Shown: positions 27,483 through 36,400 of the stretch, piece after piece
How the letters are laid out: each line of letters opens with the position of its first letter
How positions within the stretch are numbered: position 1 is the stretch's first letter
DNA from: Candidatus Krumholzibacteriota bacterium
GTDB lineage: Bacteria; Krumholzibacteriota; Krumholzibacteriia; JAJRXK01
Direction: 5' to 3'
DNA length: 64,000 nt
Assembly: GCA_963806035.1 (NCBI GenBank)
Contig: CAWDWO010000031.1
Coordinates: 32,001 to 96,000 of the forward strand
Made by a program: the position numbers and the translations under genes
The notes under the pieces: model-generated
Told to the model about the DNA's origin: nothing
What the model saw: the letters and a program-made list of their open reading frames with translations, nothing else
The model's database searches: none

Positions 27483-28811
27483 TCAGTCCTTTTCCCGCCA
27501 AACCAAAGTCCAGTGACCCAAACCGTCGTCGTCGCGGAAGTAGTAGGTTTCGCCTCGGGCGAGATAGTGCCACAGTTCGTATTCCGCGTTGCTGCTCTGC
27601 AACATCGTCTGGCTCTCGATGCTGTCCGGAGGACCCAGTCTCACGTAGACGCGCCCACGGTCGCTGATGGCGCCATCCGAGCTTCCGTCGCGGAAATTCT
27701 CGCGGGCGTAACTGACGCGCTCGTAATGCTCCTTCAGACGGGGATTGCCGGGTGACTCGGGGTCCGGATCGCGACGCTGCCAAAACGCCCTCCAGGCCTC
27801 GCGCCGATCTGGTGCGGGCGTTTGACGCAAGCTCTCCAATTCCGCGTCGCTGGCGATTCCCTCGATGACCCGCAAATTGGATTCCCACTGCTTGTCCGAG
27901 CTGGTGTCCAGGCCGAAATTCTGGAATTCGAGCTTCCTATCGTCCCCTCCGACCAACACCACCTTCAACTGATTCTTCCCCTGCGTGCAGGCCCCAGGGG
28001 GCAAGCGCAAAAGAACCGAGTGCTCCTTCATTTGGCTCGCGATCCGAACCCGCCGGGACCAGCGTATCCTGCCGTTGCCGTGATCATCCCGGATCTCGAA
28101 AGCCAGGCTCAGCGAATCTCGGTCACTCGCCGAGCGGAAGTCATAGATTTGCACCAGAACGTAGGGATCGCCCGAGGAGAGATCGAAGAGAGGATAGTTG
28201 GAACGGGCGAAACCCTTGGCGAGCTGTCCCGATTGCAACGAGATCAGATTGGTGTCGGTTTCCGCGAAGCTCGCGGGATCGCGGGGATGGTAGAGCGCGA
28301 CGTCCCCCAGCGCGATCCCTCCGGGCGGAAGATGGGGGCGCCCGAGTGTGAATTCACGCTTCCCCCAGCGGCGCGAGCCCTCCAGGTCCATCCGCACGTT
28401 CACGAGGACCTTTTTGGCTGGACTCGGCGCCAGCGGGAACTCCAACTCTCGCTTGAGAACCGTGGAGGCCCGCGTCTGATCGTAGTCCTCCACGAAGACT
28501 TCCCCATCCCACTCCTGCGAGCGCAGAGCCTTTTTCGATTCGTCGCGCTGCACCACTCGCAGGTGATAGCCCGCGCGGAATCTGCCGTCGTCCTGCTTCA
28601 GGAAAATGAGATTGCGGTAGGGCACCGAGATCGTCACCACCGCTTCGGGGCGCCCGGTGTCGTCGAAGCCGGCCTTGACCTCGCTGTCGTACCAACCGTG
28701 CGGTCCGCCACCCCAGTCGCCATCCGCGAATTTACGCTGGGCGTGGGCACAGGAAGTGCCGAGCACGAGGAGAGCAATCATTGCCAGGAGAGTCGGCGTA
28801 GGGTGCCGCAT
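27483..28811 (-). CDS. GWxTD-domain exported protein (copy 2)
   Basis: Signal peptide; C-terminal FWQRRDPDP..NPRLKEHYERVSYARENF..GAISDRGRVYVRLGPPD..YELWHY; start ATG 28811. Confidence 0.82.
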   Translation of the reverse strand: MRHPTPTLLAMIALLVLGTSCAHAQRKFADGDWGGGPHGWYDSEVKAGFDDTGRPEAVVTISVPYRNLIFLKQDDGRFRAGYHLRVVQRDESKKALRSQEWDGEVFVEDYDQTRASTVLKRELEFPLAPSPAKKVLVNVRMDLEGSRRWGKREFTLGRPHLPPGGIALGDVALYHPRDPASFAETDTNLISLQSGQLAKGFARSNYPLFDLSSGDPYVLVQIYDFRSASDRDSLSLAFEIRDDHGNGRIRWSRRVRIASQMKEHSVLLRLPPGACTQGKNQLKVVLVGGDDRKLEFQNFGLDTSSDKQWESNLRVIEGIASDAELESLRQTPAPDRREAWRAFWQRRDPDPESPGNPRLKEHYERVSYARENFRDGSSDGAISDRGRVYVRLGPPDSIESQTMLQSSNAEYELWHYLARGETYYFRDDDGLGHWTLVWREKD

Positions 28812-28815
28812 GAAC

Positions 28816-29502
28816 TCAGGGAGACGCCACGGCAAGATCCGATTCGATCGCCCCATCGCGCAGACGCACGATACGTTTGGCGTGCGCAGCGATCTCTTCC
28901 TCGTGCGTGACGATGATGACGGTGTGTCCCCGCGCGTGTAGCGCATCCAAGATCTCCATGATCTCGTCACTGGTTCTGGAGTCCAGGTTACCAGTGGGTT
29001 CGTCGGCCAAGAGAATGGAAGGCTGGTTGACGAGAGCTCGAGCGATGGCCACTCGTTGATTTTGTCCTCCCGACAACTCGTTGGGACGATGATGAATCCG
29101 TTCCTGAAGACCCACGGCCTGAAGCGCTTCTCGCGCCCGGCGCTCCCGCTCGGCCGCGCTCTTCCCGGCATAGATCAGCGGAAGTTCGACGTTCTGCGCC
29201 GCGGTCGACCTCGGGAGCAGATTGAAGGTCTGAAACACGAAACCGATCTCCCGGTTCCGGATGGCCGCCAATTCATCGTCATCCAGCCGATCGACCTGCG
29301 ACCCTTTCAGACGGTACGATCCACTGGTAGGGGTGTCAAGACAGCCCAGAATGTTCATGAGGGTGGACTTGCCCGAGCCCGATGCCCCCATGATCGCCAG
29401 GTACTCTCCCTCCTCTATGGAGAGAGTGATTCCACGCAGAGCGTGAACCCGGTGGACGCCGAGCTGGTAGATCTTGTGTACGTCCTCGATCTGAATCAGC
29501 AA
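28816..29502 (-). CDS. ABC transporter ATP-binding protein, MacB/LolD type
   Basis: [49 protein letters not shown]. Confidence 0.95.
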   Translation of the reverse strand: MLIQIEDVHKIYQLGVHRVHALRGITLSIEEGEYLAIMGASGSGKSTLMNILGCLDTPTSGSYRLKGSQVDRLDDDELAAIRNREIGFVFQTFNLLPRSTAAQNVELPLIYAGKSAAERERRAREALQAVGLQERIHHRPNELSGGQNQRVAIARALVNQPSILLADEPTGNLDSRTSDEIMEILDALHARGHTVIIVTHEEEIAAHAKRIVRLRDGAIESDLAVASP

Positions 29503-29519
29503 GTCGACGCTCCCGCCTC

Positions 29520-31010
29520 TCAGCGGCCGGTGGCTCGGTCGATCTTCGCACGCGCGATGAAAAAGTCGGCGACGGCATTCACCGCGTCGCCCCTCGCCTG
29601 GGCCAAGCTCTGCTGGGCATTGATCACGTCCAGGCTGGTTCCGGCTCCCACCTTGAAGCGTTCGGAGGCGAGCCTCAGGTCTTCCTCAGCCTGATCGATC
29701 GTCTCGCTGGCCACCTGGAAACTCTCCTTGGCTTCGATGAGGTTGTTCAAGTAGCCGCTCAATTCGCTCTCCATCGTCAGCTCGGATTGACGCAGATTGT
29801 ACTCGGCGCGGCGCTTTTGGGCCAGAGCCTGGCGGGAGCGATTTTTCGTCTGGAAGCGGTCGAAGAGATTCCAATTCATCCGCGCCCCCCAGCTGTACTG
29901 GCGGTTTTTCTGCGCACCGAAGCGATAGGGGGTTTCACTCTGGCTCAAAGATGCCTGCCCAAAAATGGAGAGCTGGGGCCAGTAACCAGCATGCGCCTGG
30001 GTGATGGCGTACCCACTCGCCTGCAGATTCTCGCTCGCGGACTTCAAATCGAGCCGGTCCTGACGCGCCTCCTGCACGAGCTCAGAGAGCTTGGGCAGCT
30101 CGATCGAGGAGATGTCCTTGGGCAGGTCTGAAGCCAATTCGAAGCGCTGCGCACCCGGTATGTTCATGAAGTGGGTCAAGAGCACGAAGGATTGGCGTTC
30201 CGAGTTGCGCGCGCGCACGACATCGAGCTGCGTCTGCTTGTAGCGCACCTGTGCCTGCAGGACGTCGCTCTTGGTGGCGATACCCACGTCGAAGTAGGTC
30301 TTGCTGCGATCGAGTTCCTGCTTGGCGACATCCTGCGTTTCCTTGGCCACCTCGACCTGCTTCTGCGCGCGCAGAACGTTGAAGAACGCCTCGCTCACAT
30401 CCTGCACGAGGACCGACTCCTGGTAGCCCAAGTCGGCCTCGGCGGCGCGGACCGCCGCCTGACTCTGCTTGATGGAGGCTATTCGTGAAAAGCCGTCGAA
30501 CACGGTCCAGTTGGTGGAGAGACTGGCGGATTTGAAGGTCTGCAAGATGGTCTGATCCGAGGTGGTTCCCGAGGGTACCGAGCTTGCCGTATAGGCGTCC
30601 GTGCCGTTGACCTGGAGCGGGCCGAGAGGATTCCCGTTCTGATCCACGAAGTAGATCGGCTGGAAGACGGTACTGTACTCCGTCACATCGAAGTCCGTGC
30701 GCTGGGCGCGGTTCCAGCTGGCGGAAGCGGAGAGATCCGGCAACCACTGCGCCTTGGCCGCGGTCCGATCGCTTTTCGCCGCAGCCAGGTTTTCCTCGTA
30801 CACTCCCAGTGCGGTCGAGCCCACCTTGGCAACCTTCAGGCACTCCTGGAGAGTCACTGGGCTTCCGTCGTAGAGCCCCTTGATCGACTCCTGCAATTGC
30901 TGAAGTTTGACCTCGAGCTGGGCATGGCAGGGGCTGGAAACCGCCGCCAAGAAAAGCAAGCACATTGGCACTGCGAAGGATACGGTCCGTGCGAAGGACA
31001 ATCTCTTCAT
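29520..31010 (-). CDS. TolC family outer-membrane channel
   Basis: Signal peptide and two OEP repeats ([50 protein letters not shown]). Confidence 0.9.
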   Translation of the reverse strand: MKRLSFARTVSFAVPMCLLFLAAVSSPCHAQLEVKLQQLQESIKGLYDGSPVTLQECLKVAKVGSTALGVYEENLAAAKSDRTAAKAQWLPDLSASASWNRAQRTDFDVTEYSTVFQPIYFVDQNGNPLGPLQVNGTDAYTASSVPSGTTSDQTILQTFKSASLSTNWTVFDGFSRIASIKQSQAAVRAAEADLGYQESVLVQDVSEAFFNVLRAQKQVEVAKETQDVAKQELDRSKTYFDVGIATKSDVLQAQVRYKQTQLDVVRARNSERQSFVLLTHFMNIPGAQRFELASDLPKDISSIELPKLSELVQEARQDRLDLKSASENLQASGYAITQAHAGYWPQLSIFGQASLSQSETPYRFGAQKNRQYSWGARMNWNLFDRFQTKNRSRQALAQKRRAEYNLRQSELTMESELSGYLNNLIEAKESFQVASETIDQAEEDLRLASERFKVGAGTSLDVINAQQSLAQARGDAVNAVADFFIARAKIDRATGR

Positions 31011-31211
31011 GAAACGACACTCCTTAGGGAGACACAGTGGAGATACTACCACCAGGATGAAGACTGGCCATCATGAAGTCCACTGGCAAGCCCTCGGCGA
31101 AGGACGCAAGCGGAAACTGGTCGCCGACGATCTTGGAACATACGAATCGGCACCCCCCCAACCATACGGGAGAGTGCCGAGCAAGTTGCAGCCAAGATCT
31201 CGCGACGACTG

Positions 31212-31886
31212 CTAGTAGAGCTTGAATCGGTACGGGAGAGTCACCCAGACTTCCACCGCGAAGTCTCTTTGCTTTCCCGGCTTGAAAATGCAGCGGAGAG
31301 CCGCCTTGAGGGCCTCGGCGTCCAGGATCGGGTGGACGCTCTTGACCACCTCGGCCTGCTTCGCCCGCCCGTCGGTGCCCACGAGAACGTTGACCATGAC
31401 GGTGCCCTGCAACTCCATGTCGCGCGCAGTCTCCGGGTACTTGGGCGGCACCCATTTCACGATCTCGGGCTTGGTGTCGAAGGCCACGAAAGTATTACCG
31501 CCGGCGTTGGCCGAACCGCCCCCGCTGGGCAAGGGAACGTTGTTCCAGTCATCCGGCAGAGTCTCGGCCAGATCGACTTCCTCGTTCACTTCCGCGTCCG
31601 GGGCGGCCTCGATCGGCACCTGCGGACGGGGGATTTCCTTGGGCGGAGGCGGGATGTCGATGGCGTCGGGGATGTCGAGAACCTCGATCTTTTCCTCACG
31701 AAGATGATATGGAGTCGGCTTGTACACCGGAGAAAAGAGGAAGATGAGCAGCCAGATCAGAAGCGAGGCGTAGGTCGAACGACGCAAGTAGACGCCGTAA
31801 CGGGCTTTGAAGCGTTGGTTCTCGTTGATGAATACGGCTTCGCCGAACTCAAGCTGCGAGTGGTCTCTCACGTGTGCGTGCGCCAT
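31212..31886 (-). CDS. tonB: Energy transducer TonB
   Basis: TM helix, Pro-rich linker (PPPPKEIPRP), C-domain PKYPETARDMELQGTVMV..VGTDG..FKPG. Confidence 0.9.
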   Translation of the reverse strand: MAHAHVRDHSQLEFGEAVFINENQRFKARYGVYLRRSTYASLLIWLLIFLFSPVYKPTPYHLREEKIEVLDIPDAIDIPPPPKEIPRPQVPIEAAPDAEVNEEVDLAETLPDDWNNVPLPSGGGSANAGGNTFVAFDTKPEIVKWVPPKYPETARDMELQGTVMVNVLVGTDGRAKQAEVVKSVHPILDAEALKAALRCIFKPGKQRDFAVEVWVTLPYRFKLY

Positions 31887-31894
31887 GACTGCCT

Positions 31895-32317
31895 CTAGTA
31901 CTTCGGACCGGGCGTGGACTCGAACTTGTCGTTGAAGCTCACTCGAACCGCATTGGCTTCCTTGAGCTTCTCCATCACATCATCCATGACCTTGTACTTG
32001 GCACGGGTGTCGGTCTGGAAGGCCACGATCATGAGCGGATTCTCTTTGTACTTCTGCAGCATGATCGGATACACAGATTCGAGATTCACGATCTTGTCGT
32101 CGATGGAGATCCTGCCCTTGCGGTCGATCCAGATGTGACTCACCAGCTCTCGCTTGGGTTCCACTCCGGACTCCGCGCGCGGCAGATCCACCGGCAAACC
32201 GTCCTCCGTCTTGAAGACCGTGGTCACCATGAAAAAGAGTAGCAGCATGAACACGATATCGCCCATGGAGGCGGTCGGAATGCTCGTGCTGGACTTGATG
32301 TTCTTCTCGAACTTCAC
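31895..32317 (-). CDS. exbD: Biopolymer transport protein ExbD
   Basis: IPTASMGDIVFMLLLFFMV with the conserved TM Asp; VDLP. Confidence 0.9.
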   Translation of the reverse strand: MKFEKNIKSSTSIPTASMGDIVFMLLLFFMVTTVFKTEDGLPVDLPRAESGVEPKRELVSHIWIDRKGRISIDDKIVNLESVYPIMLQKYKENPLMIVAFQTDTRAKYKVMDDVMEKLKEANAVRVSFNDKFESTPGPKY

Positions 32318-32328
32318 GTCGGCTTCCT

Positions 32329-32745
32329 CTAGCTCTTCAACATCTTGATGGCCATGCGGCGGGCCTTGGCCAGACGAACCTCGTCCAGAACCGCCACCAT
32401 CGAACCGTAATCGGCGTCGGGGTGCGTGCTCAGGATGACGACCAGCTTGTTGTTGGCCTTGAGTCTGCGAATCAGTTCGTTCTTGATCTGGCTGATCCGA
32501 ATCGGCACTCCGTCCAGAGTGACCTGATTGAACGCATCGATCTTCAGATCCGCGACGTTGGACTGCTTGACCTTGACCTCTTCCGTCGAATCCGTCTTGG
32601 CCGGGAGAATGAGCGGAAGTCCAAGCTCTTGATTGAAGATCGTCGCGACCATGAAGAAGATGAGCAAGAGAAAGACGATATCCGAGATCGACGCCATGTT
32701 GATCTCGGCGACACCTTGCTTCCTGCGCTTCAAGTTCACAGCCAT
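32329..32745 (-). CDS. exbD: Biopolymer transport protein ExbD (second copy)
   Basis: INMASISDIVFLLLIFFMV, ADYGSMVAVLD. Confidence 0.9.
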   Translation of the reverse strand: MAVNLKRRKQGVAEINMASISDIVFLLLIFFMVATIFNQELGLPLILPAKTDSTEEVKVKQSNVADLKIDAFNQVTLDGVPIRISQIKNELIRRLKANNKLVVILSTHPDADYGSMVAVLDEVRLAKARRMAIKMLKS

Positions 32746-32797
32746 GATCTATCTACTCCGCTTAAACCCTCATCCGCGATTCTGAGTTCCCCTGGCC

Positions 32798-33667
32798 TCA
32801 GGCGGGTGGACCAATTTGTGTCAGCTCTTCCACCAGCTCGGCCGAGGTCTCCTCCATTTCAATGATAAAGCGATCGATCACCGAGAGAAAGAAGCTGTAG
32901 CCAATACTGGCCGGAATGGCGATTACGAGTCCGGCCGCGGTGGTGATGAGAGCCTCGGAGATACCGCTCGCGACCAGCTTCGCATTCACCTGGTCGGCGT
33001 TGGCGATGGCCTCGAAGGCGTTGATCATACCCGAGACGGTCCCGAGGAAGCCCAGCAGAGGCGCGACGTTCGCCACCGTGGAGAGGGCTACCAGTCCGCG
33101 CTCCAGGAAGGACATCTCGATGGTGCCCGAGGTCTCGATGGCCTTCTCCACTGCCTCCGGACCTCTATCGGCGCGCAGCAAGCCGCTATGGAGAATCGCC
33201 GCAATCGGTCCTCGGGTGCGCTCGCAAACCTGGGCCGCCTCGGTCACGCCGTCGCTGCGCAGAGTCGTGATGACGGTGCCAATGAGCCGGCGGGTGTTGG
33301 TCCGCGCGCGCGCCAAGGTGACGAAACGCTCGATCAATACCGCGATCATCACGACCGCGCAGAGGAAGAGCGGCAACATGAAGTTGCCACCCTTGATGAA
33401 CAGCTGACCGGCGCCGCTGCGGGCGAGCCAGGGCATGTTCCGCTCGAACCACCCCATGAAGCCGGCTACGGGGGCTTCGACGACCACGACTTCATCGCTG
33501 GAGTCCGAGAGCGACCACGCCAGCGAATCCGCCGTGTTCATGACTCCCTCGAAGTTGAGCGAGTCGGGAGGGGCGGCGGCGTCCTGAGCCACGGCCGGAT
33601 GCGCGAGTGCCAGGGTCAGAGCCGCGACGAGCAGGAGGGCGCATGTGAACAGACCATTGCGAGCCAT
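32798..33667 (-). CDS. exbB: MotA/TolQ/ExbB proton channel protein
   Basis: APLLGFLGTVSGMI..AF, GISEALITTAAGL..AIP; N-terminal signal-like segment; start ATG 33667. Confidence 0.92.
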   Translation of the reverse strand: MARNGLFTCALLLVAALTLALAHPAVAQDAAAPPDSLNFEGVMNTADSLAWSLSDSSDEVVVVEAPVAGFMGWFERNMPWLARSGAGQLFIKGGNFMLPLFLCAVVMIAVLIERFVTLARARTNTRRLIGTVITTLRSDGVTEAAQVCERTRGPIAAILHSGLLRADRGPEAVEKAIETSGTIEMSFLERGLVALSTVANVAPLLGFLGTVSGMINAFEAIANADQVNAKLVASGISEALITTAAGLVIAIPASIGYSFFLSVIDRFIIEMEETSAELVEELTQIGPPA

Positions 33668-33775
33668 TGGCTGCCTTGTCCTTTCCTCGGGTGAAGAATT
33701 GCGCGGGTTGTTTGGAGCCGCAGATGACGAAAAGAGAGTCGACCCCGACCCGGAAATATCCGAAAAACAGGCAGT

Positions 33776-33805
33776 AGTATAAGGAGCCTGTTTTCGCACT
33801 GTCAA
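33776..33805 (-). promoter_or_regulatory. Near-consensus sigma70 promoter for exbB-exbD-exbD-tonB
   Basis: Minus strand TTGACA-N18-TATACT. Confidence 0.7.
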
Positions 33806-33832
33806 GACCTGCTTCCGCATCAAAACTACCCC

Positions 33833-35338
33833 TTAGTCCTTGCGAAATGGAGAATTGGAGGTTTCTAGGTGATAGACCCCAGTGCCGAGTTGGTCCACGA
33901 AGAGGAACCTCAGATCCGTCCCCTCCGACCACTCCGGGGCCTCGCTCTCCAGGAGCGGATCACCGACCTGGTCGTAGATCCACAGCTCGAATGCGGCGAG
34001 AGAATTCAACGATCCGGGAGTCAATCTAGACAGGTCCTGCTGGGTTTCAAAGCGCGATCGATCCAGGGGCACCACTGACTTGATGGTCTTGCCCGCGCGA
34101 TCCACTTGGTTGGGATCGTGCACCTTCGCCACCGCCTCCTGGATCTCCTCGGTGTCGTTGGGCACGACATCGAATTGCTTCTGGGCCGGAGGGCCGTAAC
34201 GAATGTACACACGCCCGCGCGCGGTCAGAGGCCCCGGCGTTCCCTGCTCGGCGAAAAAGCGCCTGGCGTAATCCACGCGGCTCTTGAAACGATCGTAGGC
34301 TTCGTTGGCCTTGGTTCCGGGCGTGGGATCGTGGGCCGCCCAAAACTTGTCGAGCGCCGCCGCCCTCGCCGTGCGCGGCAGGCTCTTCAAACGCTCCCTT
34401 TGATCGCCCGTGAACAAAAGTTCGACCTCGAGATCGACCAGGTGTGAATCGCCCAGCAGATGGTTCATGTTCCACGCCACCACGAAATCACCCTGGCGGG
34501 AGTCAGCCTCCGCTTCCAGGGGAACGATGCTCAGGCGATAGCTTCCCTCGAGAAAGGTCTCCAACGGAGCGGAATAGGTCGCTGCGCGCCGTTCCCCCTC
34601 GCCCGCCACCTGGATGGTATCCCCCTGACTGAAACCGCTCAGGGGATCCTCGATGCGTACCGCCAGGGGAACCGCTTCCTTGGGGGCCCGGTTGAGCTCG
34701 AAGTAGACCAGAAGAGTGTCCTGGTTGATCCCGTAGAGACGCTCGGGGTTAGGAAGCTGCGGCCCCTGGACGGTGTTCCAGCGAAATTCGAGATCGCTCA
34801 GGTAGGAGCCGGCGGCCGGGGGCGAAGGAACGACCAGAATTCCCGTCGCCTTGCCTTCCTTGTCCGCGAGCCCCTCACCGCTCTTGAGATTGTCCAAATC
34901 GATGGTCGCCGCCCAGGCACCGGGTGAAACCCGCCGGCTGAGCTCGAAGAGAGCAAAGCGCTTGGGATCTCGAGTCTGCTCGAAATCTCCGGCGTCGACC
35001 ACGAACATCTGCTCGGTGTCGAGCGAGACCTCCCCTTTCCGAGCCAGTTTGAGATGGAGCTTCGCCTTGGCCTCGTAGCCGCCGTTGGGCCGCTCCTGAA
35101 ATTGCAATTCCGAGTGGTAGACCACGACCGCCAGGTCCAGACGCGACCCCTCAGCGTCGAAGAACACCGGCAAATCCGCGCTGAAGTTCAAGTCTCCATC
35201 GGAGTGAAGAGACAGGGGAACGCCGGCACGCGCGGGCGAACTGAACGCCCAAAGGGAAAGAACTACGGAGAAAATCGCGGGTAGAAGATCTCGGCTCGGA
35301 ATCAACCGAAGCTCGTCGCGTGTTCCTTTTCTTGCCAT
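33833..35338 (-). CDS. GWxTD-domain exported protein (copy 1)
   Basis: Signal peptide; FWAAHDPTPGTKANEAYDRFKSRVDYARRFF..GPLTARGRVYIRYGPP..FELWIY..FLFVD. Confidence 0.82.
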   Translation of the reverse strand: MARKGTRDELRLIPSRDLLPAIFSVVLSLWAFSSPARAGVPLSLHSDGDLNFSADLPVFFDAEGSRLDLAVVVYHSELQFQERPNGGYEAKAKLHLKLARKGEVSLDTEQMFVVDAGDFEQTRDPKRFALFELSRRVSPGAWAATIDLDNLKSGEGLADKEGKATGILVVPSPPAAGSYLSDLEFRWNTVQGPQLPNPERLYGINQDTLLVYFELNRAPKEAVPLAVRIEDPLSGFSQGDTIQVAGEGERRAATYSAPLETFLEGSYRLSIVPLEAEADSRQGDFVVAWNMNHLLGDSHLVDLEVELLFTGDQRERLKSLPRTARAAALDKFWAAHDPTPGTKANEAYDRFKSRVDYARRFFAEQGTPGPLTARGRVYIRYGPPAQKQFDVVPNDTEEIQEAVAKVHDPNQVDRAGKTIKSVVPLDRSRFETQQDLSRLTPGSLNSLAAFELWIYDQVGDPLLESEAPEWSEGTDLRFLFVDQLGTGVYHLETSNSPFRKD

Positions 35339-35380
35339 GGTATCACGGCCCCGTCGGAGTCCAGCCCGGCCCAGGACCTC

Positions 35381-36334
35381 CTAGTAGCGGAAAGAGACCG
35401 TGACACGATGGACTCCGCCCAGACTCGACATGTCCACGTAGGAATAGTCGAGGGCGGCAGCACTGCGTTCTCCGGTGTGAATTCGAAATCCGGCGCCGGC
35501 GGAAAAGGTCTCCGCGTCGTAGTTCAGATTGTAGCCACCACGCAAGAAGAAGGTCTCATCCATGCCGTATTCCAGACCGAAATTGGCGCGCTCGGCATTG
35601 TCCGCTGGATGTTGGAACTCGCCCGAAACGAGTACGCTCTGGCGCTCGGTGCGGATGGGCACGAAGCTGACTCCCACCTTGAAGGTGGTCGGCATGCGAG
35701 CGGGACGGTCATCATAGTTCACTTCGCCGCCCAGACTCTGGATGATCATTCCGATTTTCATGCCGCGAATCCCCACCCGGTAGAGGATTCCCACGTCCAT
35801 GAGGAAGGAGTTCACCGAGGTCTCCGCCAGACCGCTGTGCATGTAATAGCCGGTGAATCCCGCCGAGAACTTGTCTGTGAAGTACCGGCTGTAGGTGAGC
35901 CCCAAGGTGCTCATGCCATTGTCGAAGGTACGTCCCGTACCCTCCGGCTTGAACGCGGTTCGCTCGGGCTCGGGATCCATCCAGAGCGCCCGCGCACTGA
36001 TGGCGAAGGTGCCGGGGATGCTCCGGGGATTGAAGACGTAAGCCGCGTAGCTCAGCTTGATGTCCGCCGGCCACATCGTCTGATTCAGAGTCAGCTCGCT
36101 ACCCCGAATCGACACGATCCCCGCGGGATTCCAGTAGACCGCGGTCGCATCATCGGCAATTGCGGTGAAGGCCGAACCGAGTGCGGTTGCCCGCGCGCTC
36201 ACGCCGATCTTCAAGAACTGAGCCCCGAAGGTACCTACCTTCTCGAACACCTCGGCCGCGCTGGCCACAGTGGGAATGGCAGCCATGAGGCTCAGTCCCA
36301 GGGCAGATAGAACGAGGACTTTCCGCAGCTTCAT
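35381..36334 (-). CDS. PorV/PorQ (UPF0164) family outer-membrane beta-barrel
   Basis: Signal peptide; KVGTFGAQFLKIGVSARATALGSAF..DATAVYWNPAG; LRGGY; DYSY..LGGVHRVTVSFRY. Confidence 0.88.
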   Translation of the reverse strand: MKLRKVLVLSALGLSLMAAIPTVASAAEVFEKVGTFGAQFLKIGVSARATALGSAFTAIADDATAVYWNPAGIVSIRGSELTLNQTMWPADIKLSYAAYVFNPRSIPGTFAISARALWMDPEPERTAFKPEGTGRTFDNGMSTLGLTYSRYFTDKFSAGFTGYYMHSGLAETSVNSFLMDVGILYRVGIRGMKIGMIIQSLGGEVNYDDRPARMPTTFKVGVSFVPIRTERQSVLVSGEFQHPADNAERANFGLEYGMDETFFLRGGYNLNYDAETFSAGAGFRIHTGERSAAALDYSYVDMSSLGGVHRVTVSFRY

Positions 36335-36400
36335 CGATCAACCTCCGCTCGAAAAGAGCAGGTCGGGGACTTGAATGCACAGGCCCCCCGTTTTGAGCTC

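Noticed and set aside
28812..29171. Extension of the GWxTD ORF into the ABC ATPase gene
   Set aside because: The signal peptide begins at ATG 28811; the upstream part is an alternative frame of the ATPase.
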